The notes beneath the pieces are model-generated. The model ran no database searches and was not told the origin of the DNA. It saw nothing but the letters and a program-made list of their open reading frames with translations. Shown one piece after another: positions 55,589 to 63,586 of a DNA stretch of 64,000 nt; the stretch's first letter is position 1, and every line of letters starts with the position of its first letter. Both the position numbers and the translations under genes were made by a program. Source of the DNA: an uncultured virus (IMG/VR IMGVR_UViG_3300044912_000713) (lineage: Duplodnaviria; Heunggongvirae; Uroviricota; Caudoviricetes); IMG/VR virus record IMGVR_UViG_3300044912_000713, one strand, 5' to 3'.

Positions 55589-56396
55589 ATATCCTCATGT
55601 GCGCGAGGTAGCGGGGAAGTCCCTCTTCAATCGTGTATTTCGGGGTCCAGCCGGGCATGAACAGCTCCGGATTGGCCTTCGTGAACTGCTGGTAGTTTTC
55701 GGGAATGGAATCGGCTTCGGCGTACTCGTATCTCAAACCGAGAATGTCCATCACCTCCTCGAAGCTCCTATCCTGGCCAGAACCCACATCGTAGTACTTT
55801 CCACGAATACCTTCGTAGTTTTCAAGCGCGTGCAAGTTTGCGTCGACGACGTCCTGGATGTAGACGAAGTCCCTGCGGGGTCCTGTCGGAAAAAGCCGGA
55901 ACGGCTCGCCCCACTTGCACTTCATGTATGCCTGGCACGCCACGGAGGCCATCTTTCCCTTGTGGTACTCGTTCTCCCCGTAGACGTTGAAGTATCTGAG
56001 CGCGACCTGCCTTCTGCCTATCGCGTACGTCTCCCCGATGTATTTTGATGCCGCATACAGCGTCTCCGGAAGTCCGGATGACCCGGTTACGGAAGCCGAC
56101 GAGCTGAAGATGAAGGGTTTGTTATTCGCCTGGCACCAGTCGGAAAGAAGCATGGTTGAAAGGACGTTCCTTGTCATAATCATGGGCACGTCGGTACACC
56201 TGGTGTCCGCAATTGCGCCGACGTGGAAGATTGCATCCGGGTTCAGCTTTTCAACGTACTGTGTTAGCATCTCGTGCCACTTTCCCCGCTCGAAAATCCA
56301 CTGCTCAATCCCGAGGCAAATCCATCCTTTGGCTTCTATCGCCCGCTGCAGGGCACCGCCCACGAAGCCCTTGTTTCCCGTTACGCAAATCCTCAT
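55563..56396 (-). CDS. hldD: ADP-L-glycero-D-manno-heptose 6-epimerase-like
   Basis: TGNKGFVG, YAASK, LRYFNVYG, HKGKMASV, RDFVYI.DV. Confidence 0.8.
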   Translation of the reverse strand: MRICVTGNKGFVGGALQRAIEAKGWICLGIEQWIFERGKWHEMLTQYVEKLNPDAIFHVGAIADTRCTDVPMIMTRNVLSTMLLSDWCQANNKPFIFSSSASVTGSSGLPETLYAASKYIGETYAIGRRQVALRYFNVYGENEYHKGKMASVACQAYMKCKWGEPFRLFPTGPRRDFVYIQDVVDANLHALENYEGIRGKYYDVGSGQDRSFEEVMDILGLRYEYAEADSIPENYQQFTKANPELFMPGWTPKYTIEEGLPRYLAHMRISTVDPSLS

Positions 56397-56407
56397 GTCT
56401 TTTAAGG

Positions 56408-56415
56408 CAAATTTA
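56408..56415 (-). promoter_or_regulatory. Canonical Bacteroidota -7 promoter box TAAATTTG
   Basis: Exact TAnnTTTG match 11 nt upstream of the hldD ATG. Confidence 0.55.
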
Positions 56416-56416
56416 G

Positions 56417-57187
56417 TCAAACCACGCTAACCCCGCGCTGTGATACTACGGTTCCAGCCAAGTCGTTTGCGTAGTCTATGGCCGCGTAGATTTTTCCAGA
56501 CCTCATGTAGCTGAAGGCAAGTGCCGCCGTGAAGGTGTCCCCTGCCCCGCTCACGTCTATGGTGTTAATCGGCTTGCGCGAAGGGTACTTGGTTCCGCCG
56601 TGCATTGCCCCGTCCGAGCCAAGCGTCACGACGAACTTGGTGGAAAACTTCCTCTTGTGGGTCTGCAGCACGTTCTCTGCGTACTCTTTGCTGTTGAGCT
56701 TTATGAAGTCAACGTAATCGAAGATGGAGAGCTCCATTTTTTTCTTCGTATCCATGAAGACGGGACATTTTTCCTTCTTCAACCTCGATATCCTCTTCAA
56801 ATCCTCTATCTGGATGAACCCCTTGTCGTAATCGGACACGATTATGCAGTCGGCCTTAGAAATCTTGTCCTTGGCCTCCGGGGTGAATGAAATCCGCTCG
56901 AATTCCTCCTCTTCGTCCACGCGAAGGAAGTAGTGATTGGTCTTTGAGTCGACGTACCTTGTCTTGACCGAACCCGATGCGGAGAGGATGGCGTCCACGG
57001 AATGTGCGTTTCCGTTCTGGAAGGCGATTGAGGCGAGGTTGTTGAAAACATTCGCAGCCATCCCTTTGTTCTCCCTCCTATAGGAAGGTGTGAAAACGGG
57101 TACGGGCGCTTCCGGGGAAAGCCTGTTGGAGTCCCCGTATACGAACACGTCCGTGCACTGCTCGCCTATGACTAGAAAATTGGCCAT
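56417..57187 (-). CDS. hldA: Heptose-7-phosphate kinase (RfaE/HldE domain I, PfkB family)
   Basis: RLSPEAPVPV, GMAANV, SDYDKG, DVSGAGDTF. Confidence 0.88.
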   Translation of the reverse strand: MANFLVIGEQCTDVFVYGDSNRLSPEAPVPVFTPSYRRENKGMAANVFNNLASIAFQNGNAHSVDAILSASGSVKTRYVDSKTNHYFLRVDEEEEFERISFTPEAKDKISKADCIIVSDYDKGFIQIEDLKRISRLKKEKCPVFMDTKKKMELSIFDYVDFIKLNSKEYAENVLQTHKRKFSTKFVVTLGSDGAMHGGTKYPSRKPINTIDVSGAGDTFTAALAFSYMRSGKIYAAIDYANDLAGTVVSQRGVSVV

Positions 57188-57552
57188 CAGTTTCCCTTTT
57201 TTATCCTGTAGGAGTCGTGGTCGAAGTGCTCCGTTGACACTTCGATTATCTCCCCGTCGGTCAAGGCGTGAAGCTGGTGGGGCATACCGGTCGGTATTTC
57301 GACCACGTCGCCCGGAACAAGGCTCCTCGTATGCTCGACTCCCCGCTCCGTGTCAATCCAGTTGAAGATGAACTCCCCCACCCTGACAAACCAGGTCTCC
57401 TGCTTCACCATGTGGTAGTGCATCGAGAATCTGCATCCGGCGCGAAACTCGAGAATCTTTCCGCAGTACTTATGACAGTTGTGAATGACCAGCTCGCGCC
57501 CCCATCCTTTGGGTATCTCGCAGCATTTAGTCAATTTTGGCTCTTTTCCCAT
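57187..57552 (-). CDS. Cupin (sugar isomerase-like)
   Basis: KGWGRE, SMHYH..KQETW, PHQL, EVST. Confidence 0.8.
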   Translation of the reverse strand: MGKEPKLTKCCEIPKGWGRELVIHNCHKYCGKILEFRAGCRFSMHYHMVKQETWFVRVGEFIFNWIDTERGVEHTRSLVPGDVVEIPTGMPHQLHALTDGEIIEVSTEHFDHDSYRIKKGN

Positions 57553-57943
57553 TCTTTATCTTTTTTATGGTTTCCGAAGTCGACAATCCCCCTATGCGCT
57601 GAAAGAAAGTCACGTTGGCGCAGTGCTCCGCGCCTATTATCTTCTTGCCCATGTAGTCGCTGCCGATAACCATCTGCCATGGGCTGAGCTGCCTGATGTA
57701 GTCGGACAGCTGGTGGTCCGTATCGAATACGTACACTTTTTCAACATACACCAGAGATTCAAGAAGAGACTTCCTGAACTGCTGGTCGTTGACCGGCCTG
57801 TCAGAACCCTTGGCCTGGCGAATCCTCGCGTCCGAGTCGATTCCGACGAATACCATGTCTCCGAGCGTGGAGGCGAACTCAAGAAGCTTGAGGTGGCCCA
57901 TGTGCAGGACGTCAAAGCATCCGTTTACCCATACTTTTCTCAT
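57527..57943 (-). CDS. hldC: Heptose-1-phosphate adenylyltransferase (RfaE/HldE domain II)
   Basis: NGCFDVLHMGH, DSD...KG..RP, GSDY, STS. Confidence 0.88.
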   Translation of the reverse strand: MRKVWVNGCFDVLHMGHLKLLEFASTLGDMVFVGIDSDARIRQAKGSDRPVNDQQFRKSLLESLVYVEKVYVFDTDHQLSDYIRQLSPWQMVIGSDYMGKKIIGAEHCANVTFFQRIGGLSTSETIKKIKNGKRAKID

Positions 57944-58070
57944 AGGAGTATTGTAAAATTTTCACTTAATTGTCCTAGCAACGAATATAAATAATTCCAC
58001 AAGATATGCAATCTTTTGAAAAATTGTGCACGTAATCAAAAAAAACCAGTATTTTCATGTGCAATATATT

Positions 58071-58349
58071 ATGACAGAGATGAGCATCGATACGAGAACA
58101 GTCGAGCGCTTGGACGCCATGGAGCGCACGCTCGAAAGCCTGGTTCACAAGTTGAACAAGCTATATGTGGCGGTTGCAGGGGACGAGACCCTCGACCAGG
58201 AAGGATACCTGCAGCGGCTGAAGAAGCTGGAGAAGCAGGTTCACGAGCATCAAGTCCTAAAATACAAACTCATGGGCGCTTTCGTCGGAGGTGGTGCGAT
58301 TTGGACCATACTCTGGGAGGCGTTCAAAAAATTAGTACTGAAAAGCTAA
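58071..58349 (+). CDS. Coiled-coil protein with C-terminal TM
   Basis: Follows a TATTTTCA box; hydrophobic tail. Confidence 0.65.
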   Translation: MTEMSIDTRTVERLDAMERTLESLVHKLNKLYVAVAGDETLDQEGYLQRLKKLEKQVHEHQVLKYKLMGAFVGGGAIWTILWEAFKKLVLKS

Positions 58350-58777
58350 TGCCAGTGTTACCATCAGCAACTTCTACGGCTGCAACCGCGGCCACCAGCG
58401 CCTCCAAGGCGAGCAGCATCGCTGGAAAGGCAGACGTCATAGGGGCGGCCGGACAAGTGGGGGCTCTCGCAATCAGCACCATCGGACAGATTAGCGACGC
58501 CAACAAGCGCCGCAAGTTCGAGGAAAACTTCTCGAGGCTGACTTTGGAGCAGCAGAAGGGGCTGGAGATGCTGCTGATAGAATCGAAGTCGAACACGGAG
58601 AGGCTGTCAGTGCTAGCGCAGTATCTGACGCAGCTCAACGCGCAGCGGATATCGAACCTGGCCTCGTACTACGGGGAGAAAGAGAAGAGCGGTAGAAACA
58701 AAACATTGATAATTCTCGGTGGAGTCGTGGTGGCCGGCATACTGGTGACGTATCTGCTCCTGAGAAACAAGAACTGA
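58349..58777 (+). CDS. C-terminal TM protein
   Basis: Coupled TAATG start; similar architecture to the next ORF. Confidence 0.7.
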   Translation: MPVLPSATSTAATAATSASKASSIAGKADVIGAAGQVGALAISTIGQISDANKRRKFEENFSRLTLEQQKGLEMLLIESKSNTERLSVLAQYLTQLNAQRISNLASYYGEKEKSGRNKTLIILGGVVVAGILVTYLLLRNKN

Positions 58778-58778
58778 C

Positions 58779-59126
58779 ATGCCCATACCAATAATCATAG
58801 CGGCGATTGGGGCTGCGGCGAGCGTCGCATCGGCCGCTTCTGGCGTTGACAAGGCCTCCAAGGAGAGGTATTTCAGCCAGCAGTTGGCCTTCTTGAACCA
58901 AGATGAGCAGAACCAGCTAGCAAAAAAATTGGAGGGGGCGAAGAGCAACGACGAGAGGGTCAGGATACTCACATCCGCGGTCTCATCCGTGGAGGAGGCG
59001 AGGCTGAAAGGTCTCACCACTGTCCAGCTCGAAAGGGAAAAGACCAAGAAGACCCTGCTCGTGGTGGGAATCGCCGGAGCGGTCGTTCTTCTTTTGACTG
59101 TTTTAATAGTATCAAAAAGAAATTGA
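58779..59126 (+). CDS. Membrane protein, likely paralog of the preceding ORF
   Basis: Shared L..EQ..L...L...KSN.ER...L motif and TM tail. Confidence 0.7.
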   Translation: MPIPIIIAAIGAAASVASAASGVDKASKERYFSQQLAFLNQDEQNQLAKKLEGAKSNDERVRILTSAVSSVEEARLKGLTTVQLEREKTKKTLLVVGIAGAVVLLLTVLIVSKRN

Positions 59127-59127
59127 A

Positions 59128-59511
59128 ATGCCAGAAGTAAACGGTCTAGACACGCTGCAAGACAAGGCGCTGACCCCCGACAAGAAAGACCAGCTGGTAA
59201 ACCAGATACAGTCGGAGATTGACTCGCTGAATCGCATACTTAGGGAGCAGGGTGCTCCCGCCGCGGTTTTGGAGGCAGCCAAGAGGAATAAGAACTCGCT
59301 GCAGGGACTTGTCAACAAGATTCTCGCCAAGAAGGGGGTGATAACGCCGACAGAGACGAACGACGCCCTTGAGGCGATGGCGAAGGCCAAGCGGGAGCGT
59401 CTCGAGAGCGACTTCTCGACGACTGTTCGCAGATTTGCAATTGTGGCTGGACTTCTGATTGGCGGCTATCTGGCCTGGAGGTACGTGAAAAAATTAAACC
59501 AGAACGGATGA
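59128..59511 (+). CDS. C-terminal TM protein
   Basis: FAIVAGLLIGGYLAW. Confidence 0.7.
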   Translation: MPEVNGLDTLQDKALTPDKKDQLVNQIQSEIDSLNRILREQGAPAAVLEAAKRNKNSLQGLVNKILAKKGVITPTETNDALEAMAKAKRERLESDFSTTVRRFAIVAGLLIGGYLAWRYVKKLNQNG

Positions 59512-59831
59512 ATAAGAACTTAAAGACGGCGATATTGGTCTTCGGGGGCGGAATCGTCCTCTACTGGGCTTTCACCAAAATCAGGCCTTTCGTAAAGACA
59601 AAGAAATTGAAGAAGGAAATCGAATCGGGTTCCGCCGGAAGCGCGGAGAAGGTTAAAAAGGCGGGCGCGGCCCTGAGGGCTTACAACACCGCCAAGAGGG
59701 AAGGGCAGCCGAAGGAGTTTCTCGACGAACTGAACCTCGAGCTCATGAAGGAGTACGGGGTTAAAATCATGACGGACAAGTCTACCGGAAAGACATTCGC
59801 GGCCGATTCCGATGGCAACAAAATAGTGTAA
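59508..59831 (+). CDS. N-terminal TM protein
   Basis: AILVFGGGIVLYWAF. Confidence 0.7.
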   Translation: MNKNLKTAILVFGGGIVLYWAFTKIRPFVKTKKLKKEIESGSAGSAEKVKKAGAALRAYNTAKREGQPKEFLDELNLELMKEYGVKIMTDKSTGKTFAADSDGNKIV

Positions 59832-59832
59832 G

Positions 59833-60354
59833 ATGGCAGTACCTCCAGTGATAACGACAATACCACCTGCAATTTCGGTGACCGCACCGGCGGGAAGCGT
59901 GCTGGGTACGGGGATAACGTACCAGCAGTTTTTGCAGAGCCTCGGCACGTACAACTACGGTGTCGAATACTTCTACATGCAGGCCTCTACCTATCCGGAG
60001 ATTGGACAGCCGGTATATTACAACAGGTTCCTGGCGAACGGGGACTCCGTGACGGCTTTCTTGCCTTTTCATGTCGACCCTTACCAGTCCCAACCGGCCA
60101 TCTTCTACGAGACCGAGAGGGACCAGATAATCTTCACCGGACTGACCGCCCTGCAGTTCAAGCTCCAGCCGACCAGCACCGTGTACTTCAAGTTCTTCGC
60201 CACGATTCTCTACATAGGCAACGATTCCAACCATAGCTGGGACGCCTACATGGGAACCGACGCGTTCAAGCAATTGGAGCAGGAGGAGGGAATCACGTTC
60301 TTCGACGACTACTGCAATTACCTAATAGACGAAAGCAACGACAATGTCAATTAA
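59833..60354 (+). CDS. Paralog of the putative major capsid protein (minor or second capsid protein)
   Basis: Colinear TY..L, QP, ANG, VDPYQ.Q, G.T.L.F, V.F.F shared with 23188-23901. Confidence 0.7.
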   Translation: MAVPPVITTIPPAISVTAPAGSVLGTGITYQQFLQSLGTYNYGVEYFYMQASTYPEIGQPVYYNRFLANGDSVTAFLPFHVDPYQSQPAIFYETERDQIIFTGLTALQFKLQPTSTVYFKFFATILYIGNDSNHSWDAYMGTDAFKQLEQEEGITFFDDYCNYLIDESNDNVN

Positions 60355-61813
60355 ACGGGAGCTCATACAGTTCACGCTGGTCAATTCGACCGACTGCGAG
60401 TACACCATTCCGCTCATGCAGCTGAATGTATATTCTATCAACGCAACGACCAAGTACAGCTGGAACATAACCTCCCAGAACCTTTCCTGCGGGACGGGAA
60501 GTATCGTGATAAATTCAATCACATACAACATAACATTTGCCCCGAACCTGGCCGGACTCCTGGCCGCGTTGAACGCGCTCGGATTCGGATTCTTCTGCAG
60601 CGAGACGATTGGACCCAACACATTCATATACACCGTCGACGACACGAACATATACGGAAACCTTGACCTGTGCGCGACCGGAACGACCACGACGACAACG
60701 TCAACAACATCAACGACATCAACGACTTCCTCAACGACTTCGACGACTAGCTCGACCACGTCGACCACCTCATCTACGACATCTACGACTTCAACGACCT
60801 CTTCAACGACATCTACGACTTCTACTACAAGTTCGACCACGTCGACCACTTCATCGACAACCACCACGACATCGACTACCACCACGACGACAACCCTTTC
60901 AGGCGTAAACCTTAACCTCCTCGAGCAGGCGGTAACAGGCGGTAGCAATATAAACGCAGAATACAGCACAGACCTCGGTGTCACATGGACACCGTTCCTA
61001 AACAATCCGGTAACTTCGGGCAATCCAAATTACAATTCGTATAATTTTCTAAACCTGCTACCCGGAACCACATTGTACGTCGCGTTGCTTGACACATCTA
61101 ACAACGACATACAATACGGTTCAGGATTTTTCAGCTCCGACTATGTCTCACTGTGCGGTAAGTCAACGCCATTCATCACGACTATATTAACCGGAGTAAA
61201 CAATATCTACTTGAACGTCGCGGTGTCCGGTGGAAATCTGGTTAATTGCCCGGTTACCACTACCACGACTACAACGACCACATCAACTACGACAACCACA
61301 ACAACTTTGCCGGCCTGCGTCGAATCGGTATCTTTCGACGTTACCAGCCCTGGTGACGTATCGGTGACAAACTGCTGTGGAATCGCTTCACTCAACACGT
61401 ACGCGATAGGAAGCTACACCCTAACTGCGGACTGTTATCAGCTTAACGGCGTTGTTGCGATAGACGCGGTAATAACCAACGTCGTATACTCTCTTCCTGC
61501 GTGCAACTGTCCTCCGACGACCACAACCACGTCTACGACCACCACGACTACGACTGTGGGTCAGCAGATAAACATATTCTTGGACACGACTTCGATTAAC
61601 GTGTGCTCGGGTAATACCTTCAACAACGTATACATAACCCAGAGCTCGACTTTCGGACCTGGAACGATTGTCTACTATGACGCCGGTTGCACGCTACCAA
61701 TGAACAACACGAACACCTACTTCTACGTTGTTAAGAATCCTAGCGCGTCGCAGACCGTGTACGACTGGGATGGAACGACGGGGACGATAGGAAACTCGGT
61801 CGGAAGCTGCTAG
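60344..61813 (+). CDS. Thr/Ser-rich mucin-like structural protein (spike-like)
   Basis: Four beta/Cys domains linked by three poly-Thr/Ser tracts. Confidence 0.8.
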   Translation: MSIKRELIQFTLVNSTDCEYTIPLMQLNVYSINATTKYSWNITSQNLSCGTGSIVINSITYNITFAPNLAGLLAALNALGFGFFCSETIGPNTFIYTVDDTNIYGNLDLCATGTTTTTTSTTSTTSTTSSTTSTTSSTTSTTSSTTSTTSTTSSTTSTTSTTSSTTSTTSSTTTTTSTTTTTTTLSGVNLNLLEQAVTGGSNINAEYSTDLGVTWTPFLNNPVTSGNPNYNSYNFLNLLPGTTLYVALLDTSNNDIQYGSGFFSSDYVSLCGKSTPFITTILTGVNNIYLNVAVSGGNLVNCPVTTTTTTTTTSTTTTTTTLPACVESVSFDVTSPGDVSVTNCCGIASLNTYAIGSYTLTADCYQLNGVVAIDAVITNVVYSLPACNCPPTTTTTSTTTTTTTVGQQINIFLDTTSINVCSGNTFNNVYITQSSTFGPGTIVYYDAGCTLPMNNTNTYFYVVKNPSASQTVYDWDGTTGTIGNSVGSC

Positions 61814-61846
61814 GGTATATGAAAACACAAAAAAAAACCATAAAAG

Positions 61847-62824
61847 ATGAGAACGGAAGAAAAGCGGCTGACGCTGATTTGCGTGCAGCCTTCAATAATC
61901 TACTACGCATGGCAGGTGGAGGTCATGCTCACGAACTTCGAGCGGCTCAACCTTCACGATAAATACAACATCCACTGCCTGTTCGCCTACAACAAGAGCG
62001 AACCGGACTGGAGGGAGAAGGTGGCGCTCGTCACCAAGGTGATGTTCCGATTCCAGGGAGTGGCCGAATTTTACTTCTACCCGGACACGAGGCAGTATCC
62101 GGTAAGCTACATCTCATCGATTAGACCCAACGCCCTCAAGCAGCACTTCGCCAGATTCCCCGAGCTCGGGAAGCAGGCGGTTTTCTACCACGACTGCGAC
62201 ATTATCTTCTCCAAGTACCCCGACTTCCTCGATGTCATGGTCGAAAGCGGGGAATGGTTCGTTTCGGACACGATATCCTACATCGGATACGAATACATCG
62301 TATCGAAGGGACACGACGTGCTCGACCTCATGTGCCGCATAGTGGGATGCCACCCGTTCCTGATTAGGGACAGGCAAAGCCAGTCTGGAGGCGCGCAGTA
62401 CCTGATGAGGGGCGTCGACTTCCAGTTTTTCGACAAGATGGAGAGGGATTGCGAGCGCATGTACCGAGAGGTGACCGACCTAAACAACAAGAAGAAGCAG
62501 CTCGACCCCAAGCACCACGAGCTACAAATCTGGTGCACCGACATGTGGTGCCTCCTCTGGGGGGCGTGGATGAGGGGATACGACACGCACGTCTCGCCGG
62601 CCCTTGAGTTCTGCTGGGCCACGGACCCGCTGGAGAAGTTCGAGAAGAACTACATTTTCCACAACGCCGGCGTTACGAAGGCCGGAGAGGGATTCTTCTA
62701 CAAGGGACTCTACACAAACTCACTGCCATACCAGGATGAGAGGTATCCGATAAACCCGCAGTCCGCGAGCTCCAAATACCACGAGCTTCTTATGGAGGTC
62801 GGAAAGACAAGCTGCCTAATATAA
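61847..62824 (+). CDS. GT-A glycosyltransferase resembling protein O-glycosyltransferases (HPAT/SERGT-like)
   Basis: Y.WQ, Y..SIRP, YHDCDIIF (DxD), GGAQYL, WCTDMW. Confidence 0.6.
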   Translation: MRTEEKRLTLICVQPSIIYYAWQVEVMLTNFERLNLHDKYNIHCLFAYNKSEPDWREKVALVTKVMFRFQGVAEFYFYPDTRQYPVSYISSIRPNALKQHFARFPELGKQAVFYHDCDIIFSKYPDFLDVMVESGEWFVSDTISYIGYEYIVSKGHDVLDLMCRIVGCHPFLIRDRQSQSGGAQYLMRGVDFQFFDKMERDCERMYREVTDLNNKKKQLDPKHHELQIWCTDMWCLLWGAWMRGYDTHVSPALEFCWATDPLEKFEKNYIFHNAGVTKAGEGFFYKGLYTNSLPYQDERYPINPQSASSKYHELLMEVGKTSCLI

Positions 62825-62829
62825 AACCC

Positions 62830-63060
62830 ATGATAGACAAGATTAAAGAGATAGTCCAGTCGTACGCGACTATGGTAAACCCCACGGACGAGCAGAAGCG
62901 CGCCGCCGAGATAAGGCTCCTGAGCTGCATGAAGTGCGAGGAGTGGAAGCAGAACGCTGTCGGAATCAGCTACTGCGGAAAGTGCGGATGCGCGACAAAG
63001 GGAAAGATATTCTCCCCGAAGGGGGTGAACGCATGCCCGCTGGGCAAGTGGATAATATAA
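62830..63060 (+). CDS. Small Cys-rich zinc-binding protein
   Basis: R...C..C...C..CGC...K....CPLGKW. Confidence 0.75.
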   Translation: MIDKIKEIVQSYATMVNPTDEQKRAAEIRLLSCMKCEEWKQNAVGISYCGKCGCATKGKIFSPKGVNACPLGKWII

Positions 63061-63070
63061 AATTCTAAAC

Positions 63071-63586
63071 ATGCCATACAGTTACGGAGAGTTCAAGACC
63101 CAGGTCAGGGACCACATAGTGGACAACTTCCCCAGGAGCACTAAAATACTGGACGTCGGCGCCGGAAGCGGCACCTACGGGAACCTTCTGAAGCCCCACT
63201 ACGACGTGGTGGACGCCATCGAGGTTTTCCCAGAGTACGTGAAAATGTTCGACCTGCGCTCGAGGTACAACTACGTGCACATTGGAAACATCATGCAGTT
63301 CGGGTTCGAAGGATACGACTACCTCGTGCTGGGGGACGTGCTCGAGCACCTGACCGTCTCTGACGCGACCTCGCTGATTGAGAGGATTGACGCGCTGGGA
63401 AAGAAGGCGCTGGTGGCCGTGCCGTACATGTTCGAGCAGGGGATTGAATTCGGAAACATCTACGAGACCCACCACCAGCCGGACCTCACCGTGGCGAGGA
63501 TGTACCAGCGATACCACACCCTTAGGCTCATATACGGAGACCTCGGCTACGGTTACTACATCAACTACATACCGCCGATAAAATGA
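63071..63586 (+). CDS. Class I SAM-dependent methyltransferase
   Basis: ILDVGAGSG, GDVLEH. Confidence 0.88.
   Translation: MPYSYGEFKTQVRDHIVDNFPRSTKILDVGAGSGTYGNLLKPHYDVVDAIEVFPEYVKMFDLRSRYNYVHIGNIMQFGFEGYDYLVLGDVLEHLTVSDATSLIERIDALGKKALVAVPYMFEQGIEFGNIYETHHQPDLTVARMYQRYHTLRLIYGDLGYGYYINYIPPIK

Noticed and set aside
45055..57943. Host chromosomal LPS locus / prophage boundary
   Set aside because: Same codon style and promoter motif as the viral genes; no wzx, wzy, waaL or housekeeping genes; viral-type genes on both sides
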